A DNA stretch of 64,000 bases from Ophelia neglecta (lineage: Eukaryota). The DNA lies in assembly GCA_965285935.1 (NCBI GenBank), contig OZ260664.1, positions 81,902,001-81,966,000 of the forward strand, written 5' to 3'. The first letter of the stretch is position 1. Every line of letters starts with the position of its first letter. This document shows positions 24,901 through 33,853 of this stretch, piece by piece. A program made the translations under genes and the position numbers. The notes under the pieces were generated by a model, which was not told where the DNA came from, did no database searches, and saw only the letters and a list, made by a program, of their open reading frames with translations.

Positions 24901-27900
24901 GAGACTGGCATTTGTTGGACTGCTTGGATTACTCTTTAACTCAATCAGAAAACTTGGATAAGATATCCCCAACAGTACACAAACCTACCTTAGTTCAACA
25001 GTTAATTAATGGGAGATCAACAACAATACACAAAACTACCTTAGATAAACCAATTATCCAGCCTGGTTAATTGTCCCACAGTCTAGGGGGGTAGGGGTAG
25101 TAGAAGGTTGATAGTTATTTCCATATGTCAGGGAGGACCATAAAAGCAATACAAGTCTTTGCAGTACACATTTACCTACACAATGACACCTGACTTGTGG
25201 GTCTATAGGAAATATTGATAAAGAAGTTGAATTCAAAATCTACACCTGTACCATGCCAGTTTTGTATGACGGGAACAAACCAGTCTAGGGGGGTAGGGGT
25301 AGTAGAAGGTTAATAGTTATTTCCATGTGTTAGGGAGGACCATAAAAGCAATACAAGTCTTTGCAGTACACATTTACATACACGATGATACCTGACTTGT
25401 GGGTTTAGAGGAAATATTGGTAAAGAAGTTGAATTCAAAATATACACCTGTAATCGGTTTTAGATCAATTTACGTGCAATGATAGGCCATCACTGTGTCG
25501 ACTTTCTTTTCAAGATTTTGGGTTATTCCCGATAATTTAAAATAAAAAGGGTAAAATGAATTGTTGTATATGTTTAAAACAAGCGCAAAAAATGGGTCTA
25601 TAATTGGTTTTCTAAGCATCAGTCTGCTAAAATTGGTAATTCGATTTAATCCTCCATTGGTGAAAACTGAAGACTGCTGTTCTCGCGCGAGTTCGCATGT
25701 TAACGAACATTGCAATTTCAGTTAACATGGCGGTACATAGGTATCGCCCCGGAGTCGCGAGTCCTTAGTTTAGTGGTTCCAGTCTTACAGAACTTTCTTA
25801 TTTTCATTAGTTGAGGAATCTTGGCCCATGTTTGTTCATGTGTGTGTGTACATGTACATGTATAATGTGCATGCGATCTTATGTGCATTTGTATATGTTT
25901 TTAGATATGTATATAAGTGCACATGTATAATGAATGAAAGGGATGGTGTATGGGTATTGTCAAAATGGGTTTTCATTTGAGCAAGAAGCATATAAAGTGC
26001 CTTTGATTAGTTGATTAGTTATGCTATGCCACAATCTGGAAACTGGCTTGGAAACAGTGTGTAATATGATCTGTGGAGGATATAACTTGTAATGCCTATA
26101 TTGATATATTTAAGCTGGAGAATCAGAAATGCTATTTAGAAGTGTCCATGGTAATATATCAGAGTAATATTTACGAATTACGGTACAAACTGTGTAACTG
26201 TGATACTGTGTACTGAGGGGAGTGTTAACATTTGTGCAGGTCTGTTGATATCCTCCTTGCTTGCTAAGTCCATGGTGCCATTTCTGTCCAGGATTTCTGT
26301 ATAATGTATGGCAGAACAATTTTAGAGAGCCGGATATTTCCGCTCATTTTGCTATGATGTATTTCCGACGGTCTCTATTCTTGCTGGGGTTCCGTCCTGG
26401 CGCCCACTCCCTGAGCGTGGGGGCTGCAAGCGTAGTCTCGATATCTAGATAGTAGGGGTACTTTTTGGGCTTTGATCTCGTGCCAGAGAATTCCCGAATA
26501 AGGGGTACATTTTCGTTTTTTTCTCCTGAGAAATTGAAAAAAAGGGTCTTTTTATGTGCCTCCCAAGAAATAGAAATAAAGGGTTATTTTTACAAGCATG
26601 TGCAGAGAAAAGGGATGGAAAGTTACTATAAAAGGGGGTTAGGTGCTACCTGGAGCCTGAGAATAGGGGTATGATATTTCATCAAGCCTAAGTTAGGGAG
26701 GTAAAATAATTGGAAAACCCCTCGATAGCCTGTGATAAGAAGGTGAAAAATTCAATGCCTTTTCTGAGATAAGGGTCAGTTTTCAAAAGTGGTGAACAAG
26801 CATAGGTACCCCCTTAAATGGTGGAGTGGGGGGGGGGTACCATCAACATACTAATTGATTTTATATCTAGTATTAAAAAAAAAACCATTGATTCAATACT
26901 GTTTTCTTACAGGGTGGACACCACTCGAGTTGAGTATGTTGTCCCGCTGAGAGAAAGCTTTGCCTTGCCGTTTATTTGGGGACAATTGTTCTTCATCACA
27001 GTGTACCTAAAGCATGACTGTGGCAAAAGAAAACAGGCTAGTAAATCATCTAATAATAATTATAGACTTTACTGAAAAACTTGTTTTTTTTTTGAAGTTG
27101 TATGGTGAAATGCTTTTGTCTATTTTGATTAAATGAATAATATGTCTTAACCATCTAGATGCTAGCCATAGTGGGAACTCTGCTGTGTACATTTTGTTTT
27201 GCCATAACTTGGCAATTTAACCAGTTTGTGTTGCTGCTACAAGCCATGGCCCTGTTTGGAGTACAAGTGTTAGAACTGGTTCCTCTACACAAGGTATCAG
27301 CCATTGCTACTACTACTACTAGTGTTAATATGATTTGCACTATCTTTCCTCTCATGGGTACCTGTCTTGTTCTTTGTTCATGTAAGCAGCCGTCCAGTCT
27401 ACCTAAATCAGCACCCAGTATTCCCTTTAATATCTAGACATTGATAGCAATAGTATTTGTTGTAAATACAGCAGGATTCATTGAGTTCTTACATGACTGA
27501 CTAACATCAAAATTCTTGCTTTCGGACAAATATTGTACAAAATACATGTATGACTTAGTGTCTAACATTACAAAATATTTGCTGATTGATACACATTCCT
27601 TCTCTGTTTCAGATAGCGACGTTGTATGCCATTCAGACTGTGACAATGTTCGGTGTGTTCATTTCCCAGTTCATGAACACCATGATATTAACCGGTCTTC
27701 TTCCCAGCTTTCTAATAGGTGCTTGTCTCATAATGATGGCTCAGGTAAGTCTGTTATTACTTGCTCCCCCACCTCCACCCCCACTACTTTCAATTTAAAA
27801 AAAACCATGGAGGTTTTGAAATAAAGTACCAGTGGTTATCATATATTGTGAGAGGTGTTTGATCCCAAGATAGGATATACACTACTAATATATTTCCCAT

Positions 27901-30900
27901 CAATAAGTGACCTTTATGACATTTGTATAAATTCTGCACATTGTCTAAAGAATCAGGCCATTTGCTGCTTTGCTGTTAAAAGAGTTTCATCCAACGCCAC
28001 ATAATATCAAAGCCTCAGAGTAGGTTATTCAGGCTTAGCATTTTTCTTAGGCCTAGCTTGTTCAACTAACCCCATTACTTACCCAGGGATAATCGCCATA
28101 TCACTCGCTAGGGGTACACCTTGGTGCAACAATGACTACCCGGGTAGTTTAGTTTAACATTCCTGGTACATATCTCATGCTAGACTCTCTAAATTCTAAA
28201 AAAAATTGTTAATTAGTCACTTTGAATAACGAAGTACTTAAAATATTTATATATACATATATATGAATTATTAATCATGAAAATTGACTTAATCATTAAA
28301 AGTACAATGAAGAAAAATAATATGATTTGCTCTGTATAATCTTTTTGCAGAAGAAGCAGTTTTTAGCTGGTGAAGGGGTGATGTTAAATGTTGGCAGGAC
28401 ACTGGGTTCTGTTATCCTAGTCTTCGTTCTAATGATCTCATTTAATAAATTATCAAAAGTGAGTCACATTCTTCATCATTATTGAATAAGTAGGCTTTTA
28501 AAAAACCAAAATAGTGCCCAAATGCAGTATTAAATCTTTTCTAATAAACCAGATCAATTCCAAACTTGCTTCGCCCACAGTCATCCCCTTGCTTGGCCCA
28601 CAGTCATCCCCCTGCTTGGCCCACAGTCATCCCCCTGCTTGGCCCACAGTCATCTCCTTGCATGGCCCACAGCTAGCCCTTGCCTGGCCCTTAGCTAGCT
28701 CCTTGCTTGGCAAACAGTCATCCCACTGCTTGGCCCACAGTCATCTCCTTGCATGGCCTACAGCTAGCTCCTTGCCTGGTCAACAGTCAGCTCCTTGACT
28801 GGTCCATAGCCAGCGAGCTTTGTCCACGGTCATCTCCTTGCCTGACCCACAGCTGGCTCTCTTGCCTGGCCCACAGCTAGCTCCTCTCTCTCAAGCACCA
28901 AGTACTACCCACACTACTCCCAGCTCAACACATCTCATTCAACCCCCATCCATGCCGCCCCCTCCACTCCCCTCCCGAGCCATCCTTGTTGGGTTCGTTC
29001 TTTTTTTAAGTGTCCCCCTCCCCACCCCCCAAACACATACTCTCTGGATGACATAAATAAAAACACTACAGTCAGGACCTTCATCTTTGGCCTCTCACTT
29101 CCCATTCCTACTGTCCGCTCTCCACAAACGTGCCCCCCCCCCCCATCCCATCTAACCTCAGTTCATTATTTCCTTAGTATAGAGGCATGGCTGTTTATAA
29201 ACCTTGATGAATTCATTTTCAGATTATATTTCCCGACCAAGCAGATGAGCACATATACAAGTTTGTTCTCTCCAAACTGGGCTTTGAGCAATCTAGGTAT
29301 GAGTCAACTCTACTGAACTCTACTGAAGAAAGGAATTTACTGATACACATTGGATAAAAAGATTACGAAATATGATGTGATCCTCGTGAACAATATTGAC
29401 TGTATAGTTATTAGTTGAAATTATCTCTTTTCAACAAAGTTTTTTTAAGGTATTTTTGTTCCTTATGGTGCAGATAGGTTGTAAATACTATTAAATAGAA
29501 GCTTATTAGCTTGTTTAAAATCTGTATTTCAGTCTTTAGTTTTGATGTATATAATTGTTAAAGCTCTGTACACGTTTTGCAGAGACTTTGATGTCAACCT
29601 GTACCTGTGTAATGGAGCATTCACTATGCTGTCATGGGACACCTTTGAGAGACTGACAGGGAGATTAGCCTTCCCTCTCTATGCTGTGGTTCACAGTGTG
29701 GCACTGATGGCACTAGCTGTGGCACTGTTACAAAAGTGGAGGCAGGTTATTAATAAATTAAAAGATATGACCAGTGGACCATGGTCAGGTGGCACGTTGA
29801 TTAAGATACTATTTGTTCTCACAGGTTTGGGAAGATAGACAAAGGAGAAGATGAGAAGCAGCGAGAGAGAAAACATTGGTACCAGAGCCGCCCAGAGCTG
29901 GCCTATCATATCAGTAAGTACCAGAGCCGCCCAGAGCTGGCCTATCATATCAGTAAGTACCAGAGCCGCCCAGAGCTGGCCTATCATATCAGTAAGTACC
30001 AGAGCCGCCCAGAGCTGACCTATCATATCAGTAAGTACCAGAGCCGCCCAGAGCTGGCTTATTATATCAGTAAGTACCAGAGCTGTCCAGAGCTGGCTTA
30101 CCAAATCAGTATGTACAAGAGCAGGCCAGAGCTGGCCTATCCTATCAGTAAGTACCAGAGCCGCCAAGTGCTTGCCTTTAATGTCAGTAAGTACCAGAGC
30201 CGCCCAGAGCTTGCCTATCATATCAGTAAGTACCAGAGGCGCTCATAACTGGCCTGTCTTATCAGTAAGTACCAGAGCCATCCTGAGCTTGCCTCTCATA
30301 TCAGTAAGTACCAGAGCCACACAGAACTGGCCTATCATATCAGTAAATGCCACAGCCGGCCAGAGCTAGCCTATCATATCAGTAAGTACCAGAGCCGGCC
30401 AGAGCTAGCCTATCATATCAGTAAGTACCAGAACTGCCCAGAACTGGCCTATCATATCAGTAAGTACCAGGGCCACTCAAAGCTGGCCTATCATATCAGT
30501 AAGTGCCAGGGCCGCTCAGAGCTGGCCTATCATATCAGTAATGACCACTGTTGTCCCAGCTAGCATATCATATCAGTGGCATAGCAGTGCTAGTCCTGAA
30601 CTGACTTTCATATCAAAATGAACCAGGGCATTCTAGATCAGGCCCATCATATCAGTAAGTACTCAAGCCACCCGGATCTGATATCTTTTACAAAATATTT
30701 ATATGAAATAATCAGGAGTTCAGATTCTTCAAAACTCTTTCAAATAGACATTCTAGCTTTAAAAACAACAGCCACAAACTGTGCGATTCTGCTGTAAGTC
30801 AATTAAGATTACTATTTCAGTCCAGGCGGTGTTCTTTGGAGTCCTGGCTGTCAGTACATTAAGGATGAAGTATTTGTGGACCCCCTACATGTGTATACTG

Positions 30901-33853
30901 GGCAGTGCTGGACTCTCAGACCACACTGTATGGAGCTGGCTCGCTGGCAAGATTAAAAAACACACGGCAGATTCTGTGGTAGGCTTCATAATTTTGTCTT
31001 GATTTCTTTAATTGTATATTTAGCATATTGCTATGGCATGAGTATACCTTGTTTGTACAATTTATATGAAAATTGGATAGTCGATAATTTGGTTATATTA
31101 ATAATAAGGCAATTTGGTATGCACAATGGTTCCAATGTGTAACCAACCTTAACTACTGACAGAATACACCTTTCCTCAGAGATAAAATACACAATTTTAA
31201 GCCTTTTATCATATACTTATTTGACACTTTACACATATCTTGTGAGCTGAATATAAACCATGTCCTTGTTCCTTTCTCAGGTGTGGATAGGTAGACACCT
31301 ACTGCTGTGTGCTTTGATAGGAGCATTATTATATGTGGTAAGAGACAATACTGGTCTCCCAGTGGAATGTCAAAACACAGGCTGGACATAGTAGATTGAA
31401 GCTTGACCATTTTGTAATCAAAGTTGATGTAGCAATGCCCAATACTAATATCAACATGGAATCCACAGTCAAGCTAGTGATTTATTTATAGTTATGTGCT
31501 CATTTTTTTCATCATCTGCAATTGTATTTCATGTACTGAAGAATAAAGTTTGACATTTGATTTTGAAATGTTATTATAGCAGATTTTGGATTGGTCCCAC
31601 TTTTGTTAGTCACCAGTACCGAGCAATCACCCGCTCACCTGCCAAGTCACCATCTAAATGGATTCATTATTGTCCTGGCTTGAGAGGCCTTCTCTATTAC
31701 AAGGGTGACCAGGGTAGTCATGATATTGACCCTTGTACCAATCCCGTTGCAGGCGTTGCCTCCCACTATGAGTGAGCTGGAGGAGCTGAGGGAGTTCTAT
31801 GATCCAGACACTGTACAACTCATGGAATGGATCAAGTATGTACTCAATACTCCATCTTAAAGTTCTACATCCCCGCTTCTTCAGAATGTTTAATCGTTAA
31901 TTCCTGCCTGCTGTTGCCCTGGCAAATGTCAAACTATCAGTGCTGCAGTAGAATGGGGAGTAACCTAAAACTTATATCACCATCATAGAACTACTAATGT
32001 TATAATATAATACATGTACATTCATGTGGTTAAATAGCATTAACTTTTATGTAAGTTTTGAATGGTAACATTTGTTATTTGTGTCAGATTATACATTGTA
32101 CATGAGGTGAACACTGACTGTTTATATCAATAAATTGTAAAAAAAATATGTAAGGCCTGTTCTGAAGATCCCCATAATTCAACTAATCATAAGGCCTTTT
32201 TTTAAAGATCATCATTCCAGTTAGATTAATTTGACATTGACATTTGATTTGATTAAGTGATATAAGTAGTATCATCCTCTCCTGATGATATAATAGTTGG
32301 AGCTCTCCTTGCACTCAAATTCTAGTAAATAGGTGACCATGTTCAGACAGAAGCAGTCAAATCTGTTCTGAAGTGGGATTTCACACATATATGTCTATTC
32401 TTATACTACTATATGTGTTTCTCAGGTTTGAGACCCCTAAGACGGCCGCGTTCAGTGGCAGTATGCAGCTCCTAGCCGGGGTGAAGCTGTGTACCGGCCG
32501 ACCAATCACCAACCACCCTCACTACGAGGACAAACTTCTCAGGGAAAAAACATTCCAGGTTAAACGAAGAGTTTATTATTTGCAGGCCACTTAAATCTCA
32601 TAACTTTGGGATGTCTGACACCTAGGAATCTTCCCTCTTACCATGTCACAAACTAACTTCATTAGCCTGCTGAACAAATTTCAATCCCTTTATCATCATG
32701 TTCAGGACTATCCCATGGTGAATGATCATGTCCAGGAGCTGTGTTTTATATTAATTGTTAATCTAGGCTACATGTAAACGGACATGTAAAAATGCATAGG
32801 TGATGCAGTTGTATAAAATTTGTTATGCGTGAGGTACCTGCCCTTGTATGCAGGGCCGATAGCGACTTGTTGTAGCTGAATGTTTGTTTTTGTATTGTAG
32901 TTGTACCAGATGTATGCCAGACAGCCCCCGTTTTATGTGTACAGCATGCTCAAGTACCACGGAGCCAGCTACGTGATATTAGAGGACAGTATTTGTATGG
33001 CTCCCTCCAATGACGGCTGTCGACTTCCCGACATTCTTGACAGAGCCAACGGCCATGTACGTCATAACATAACATTTCAACTGGTGAATTTTTGCATTAT
33101 TTTTCCTATAAAACAGATTATAAAAAGTCTGATGTCTGATGCATGGCAATTTGTCAACCACAATTGTGAGTAGTAGTCTATGCCTGCATAGAATACTACT
33201 AGGCCTGATGGACTAGTAGATATGGCAATTTTGAACAGGCCTAATGAGCCCATTTAAAACACTACATGAAAGTTACTTTATGAAACTACATAAGGCCAAT
33301 GTTGTATGAAGAAGGAGCTAAGTAATTTATTTGCTCAGAAAATGACCATGAAAACCGGAACTTAAACATAGCCAGATAAAATTAAATGTGAATATAATGT
33401 TAGTATTCTGTCAGTCATTGCCTGAGTTTGACATTACTACTTAATAATTATGATAATTAGTAATTGCAATCAACAAAAGATGTTTAAGTTGCTCACAAGG
33501 GTGTGAGTGTGTGAGTGTGTTTGTGTGTGTGTGTGTGGGGGGGGGGGGGCAGGGGATACAATATTTATGACAGTTTACAATAAATGTCACAAGTGAACCA
33601 TACTACTTCATTTTCAGTAAAAACTACTTATGTTCTTTGCCCACAGATCCCAGATAAAGCAGAGCCAGAGCCTGGTCTGGTAGATGCCTACAGCCCACGC
33701 TTCTGTGATGAGGTGCGCCATGCCAAGGGGGAGTACGGTAAACTCTTCAAGCAGGTGTTCATCAACAAAACATTCCGTATATACAAACTGAAGCCAACAG
33801 AGCCCAACTCCAAGCCCATCATACACCCAAACAGTCTGCCTCCTGTAGTGTAG
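9648..33853 (+). CDS. DPY19L3: DPY19L3-like protein C-mannosyltransferase (GT-C fold), complete multi-exon gene
   Basis: Exons: 1A 9648-9926 or 1B 15914-16153, then 17459-17549, 18208-18332, 20401-20546, 26913-27036, 27159-27293, 27613-27744, 28351-28458, 29223-29296, 29583-29741, 29825-29913, 30821-30978, 31281-31337, 31753-31835, 32426-32558, 32901-33056, 33647-33853. They splice to one ORF (2217 nt with 1B = 738 aa; 751 aa with 1A). Motifs LHENxxWFSxIKEVEREISFRTExGLYYSYYKQ, DTTRVE, PLRE, TWQFNQF, DEHI, RDFD, RMKYLWT, ELREFYDPDTV, GSMQLLAGVKLCTGR, NHPHYED and LEDSIC match recalled DPY19L3 rather than DPY19L1. Confidence 0.93.
10891..10958 (-). mobile_element. tRNA-derived SINE head relic / pseudo-tRNA
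   Basis: The minus strand has A-box-like TGGCTGATTGG and B-box-like GGTTTGAATCC at tRNA spacing, but the anticodon stem does not pair. Confidence 0.4.
11181..11370 (-). mobile_element. Probable SINE central-domain fragment with an internal 47-bp tandem duplication
   Basis: 47-bp duplication at 11181 and 11228 (seen directly). atagtgctgcctcactgga...gaccagtcct resembles, from recall only, the Nin-type SINE core of invertebrates. Confidence 0.4.
13329..13494. mobile_element. TA-flanked MITE
   Basis: ta|caggggtccctgt ... acagggaccactag|ta imperfect TIRs; internal aaggccacc / gcaggtgg subterminal repeats. Confidence 0.6.
15914..16153 (+). CDS. DPY19L3: DPY19L3 alternative first coding exon 1B (80 aa: N-tail, TM1, LHENRLWFSNIK)
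   Basis: In-frame TAA at 15869-15871 upstream of the ATG; AAG|gtgagg donor in phase 0 joins EVEREISFRTE. Confidence 0.88.
17076..17311. mobile_element. 236-bp TA-flanked MITE (Tc1/mariner-type target), TTTCGCG-rich
   Basis: ta|CTGTAAACCAGGAAATTTTCGCGA ... TCGCGAAATTTTCCTGGTTTACAG|ta; 24-bp TIR with one mismatch. Confidence 0.9.
17459..17549 (+). CDS. DPY19L3: DPY19L3 exon 2 (EVEREISFRTESGLYYSYYKQ; catalytic-loop Glu)
   Basis: tttcag acceptor, G|gtaagt donor. Confidence 0.93.
17627..17863. mobile_element. Degenerate TA-flanked MITE
   Basis: ta|ctgtaattcctc ... gggggaattaca; internal ctctaatt repeats. Confidence 0.45.
18208..18332 (+). CDS. DPY19L3: DPY19L3 exon 3 (YDNLTE...RMNVYQEVFLA)
   Basis: ggtag acceptor in phase 1, CAG|gtaaaa donor. 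Confidence 0.9.
20401..20546 (+). CDS. DPY19L3: DPY19L3 exon 4 (EPVYFYI...SWLLSGTW)
   Basis: cttcttccag acceptor, AA|gtaagt donor; not in the supplied ORF track. Confidence 0.92.
21066..21135 (-). mobile_element. tRNA-derived SINE head relic
   Basis: Minus strand TGGTACAGTGC (A-box-like) and GGTTCAATACC (B-box-like); no full cloverleaf. Confidence 0.3.
21854..21859 (-). terminator. Candidate polyadenylation signal (AATAAA) for the nested UGT
   Basis: TTTATT on the + strand about 190 nt past the UGT stop; a second one lies near 21597. Confidence 0.35.
22047..23615 (-). CDS. UDP-glucuronosyl/UDP-glycosyltransferase (GT1, animal microsomal UGT), intronless, nested in DPY19L3 intron 4
   Basis: 522-aa uninterrupted ORF with a signal peptide, GSH catalytic His, the UGT signature [63 protein letters not shown], a C-terminal TM helix and a KLKQS (KxKxx) ER-retrieval end. 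Confidence 0.97.
   Translation of the reverse strand: [522 protein letters not shown]
24565..25783. mobile_element. About 1.2-kb non-autonomous DNA transposon with ~31-bp imperfect TIRs
   Basis: Left end actggaacaaccaaaccaaaggactcgctact vs reverse-complemented right end actggaaccactaaactaaggactcgcgact; CTTAC is repeated on both flanks; no transposase ORF. Confidence 0.65.
25079..25452. repeat. About 172-bp direct duplication (25079-25250 and 25281-25452)
   Basis: cagtctaggggggtagggg...acacctgta occurs twice with scattered substitutions; period 202. Confidence 0.92.
26913..27036 (+). CDS. DPY19L3: DPY19L3 exon 5 (VDTTRVE...PLRESFALPF), probable GC donor
   Basis: ttttcttacag acceptor; CAG|gctagt donor gives a gap-free alignment to recalled DPY19L3. 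Confidence 0.88.
27159..27293 (+). CDS. DPY19L3: DPY19L3 exon 6 (TWQFNQF)
   Basis: catctag acceptor, AAG|gtatca donor. Confidence 0.88.
27613..27744 (+). CDS. DPY19L3: DPY19L3 exon 7 (QFMNTMIL)
   Basis: tctctgtttcag acceptor, CAG|gtaagt donor. Confidence 0.9.
28351..28458 (+). CDS. DPY19L3: DPY19L3 exon 8 (TM segment, ...FNKLSK)
   Basis: ctttttgcag acceptor, AAA|gtgagt donor, phase 0-0. Confidence 0.85.
28574..28884. repeat. 23-bp minisatellite (CCCACAGTCATCCCCTTGCTTGG-like), about 13 diverged copies, intron 8
   Basis: Units start at 28574, 28597, 28620 and so on. Confidence 0.9.
29223..29296 (+). CDS. DPY19L3: DPY19L3 exon 9 (DEHIYKF)
   Basis: cattttcag acceptor, AG|gtatga donor. Confidence 0.9.
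29583..29741 (+). CDS. DPY19L3: DPY19L3 exon 10 (RDFDVNLYLC...), GC donor
   Basis: ttttgcag acceptor; AG|gcaggt donor is required to keep the frame into exon 11. Confidence 0.88.
29825..29913 (+). CDS. DPY19L3: DPY19L3 exon 11 (FGKIDKGEDEKQRERKHWYQSRPELAYHI), shortest form
   Basis: tttgttctcacag acceptor. The A|gtaagt donor at 29914 joins exon 12 to give RPELAYHIIQAVFFG, which aligns with recalled human KPETAYNLIHTILFG. Confidence 0.88.
29880..30680 (+). repeat. 39-bp minisatellite spanning the exon 11 / intron 11 junction, about 20-21 copies
   Basis: Unit TACCAGAGCCGCCCAGAGCTGGCCTATCATATCA|GTAAG; units 1-3 are identical and divergence increases 3'-ward. Confidence 0.97.
30821..30978 (+). 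CDS. DPY19L3: DPY19L3 exon 12 (STLRMKYLWT)
   Basis: tatttcag acceptor in phase 1, GTG|gtaggc donor. Confidence 0.92.
31281..31337 (+). CDS. DPY19L3: DPY19L3 exon 13 (last TM, VWIGRHLLLCALIGALLYV)
   Basis: cctttctcag acceptor, GTG|gtaaga donor, phase 0-0. Confidence 0.82.
31753..31835 (+). CDS. DPY19L3: DPY19L3 exon 14 (ELEELREFYDPDTVQLMEWI)
   Basis: gttgcag acceptor, AA|gtatgt donor. Confidence 0.92.
32426..32558 (+). CDS. DPY19L3: DPY19L3 exon 15 (GSMQLLAGVKLCTGR...NHPHYED)
   Basis: tttctcag acceptor, CAG|gttaaa donor. Confidence 0.93.
32901..33056 (+). CDS. DPY19L3: DPY19L3 exon 16 (YVILEDSIC...GCRL...ANGH)
   Basis: tattgtag acceptor, CAT|gtacgt donor. Confidence 0.92.
33647..33853 (+). 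CDS. DPY19L3: DPY19L3 terminal exon (PRFC...VFINKTFRIYKL...*)
   Basis: ctttgcccacag acceptor, TAG stop. Confidence 0.92.
   Translation: MPDKAEPEPGLVDAYSPRFCDEVRHAKGEYGKLFKQVFINKTFRIYKLKPTEPNSKPIIHPNSLPPVV

Noticed and set aside
26455-26837. Possible Helitron/Helentron-like non-autonomous element (GGGGTAC...AAGGG repeats)
   Set aside because: It looks repeat-like, but I could not define termini or a TSD with confidence.
28514-29056. Pro/Ser/Leu-rich ORFs 28514-28798 and 28820-29056
   Set aside because: Translations of the 23-bp minisatellite and C-rich tracts.
29691-30221. 176-aa minus-strand repetitive ORF (WAALVLTDMIGQL)n and the + ORF 30172-30369
   Set aside because: These are shadow frames of the 39-bp (3n) minisatellite. 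The meaningful frame is the DPY19L3 exon 11 frame.
29880-30680. Possible CRISPR array (also 6126-6352 and 28574-28884)
   Set aside because: Head-to-tail repeats without unique spacers, no cas genes, and a eukaryotic intron/UTR context.
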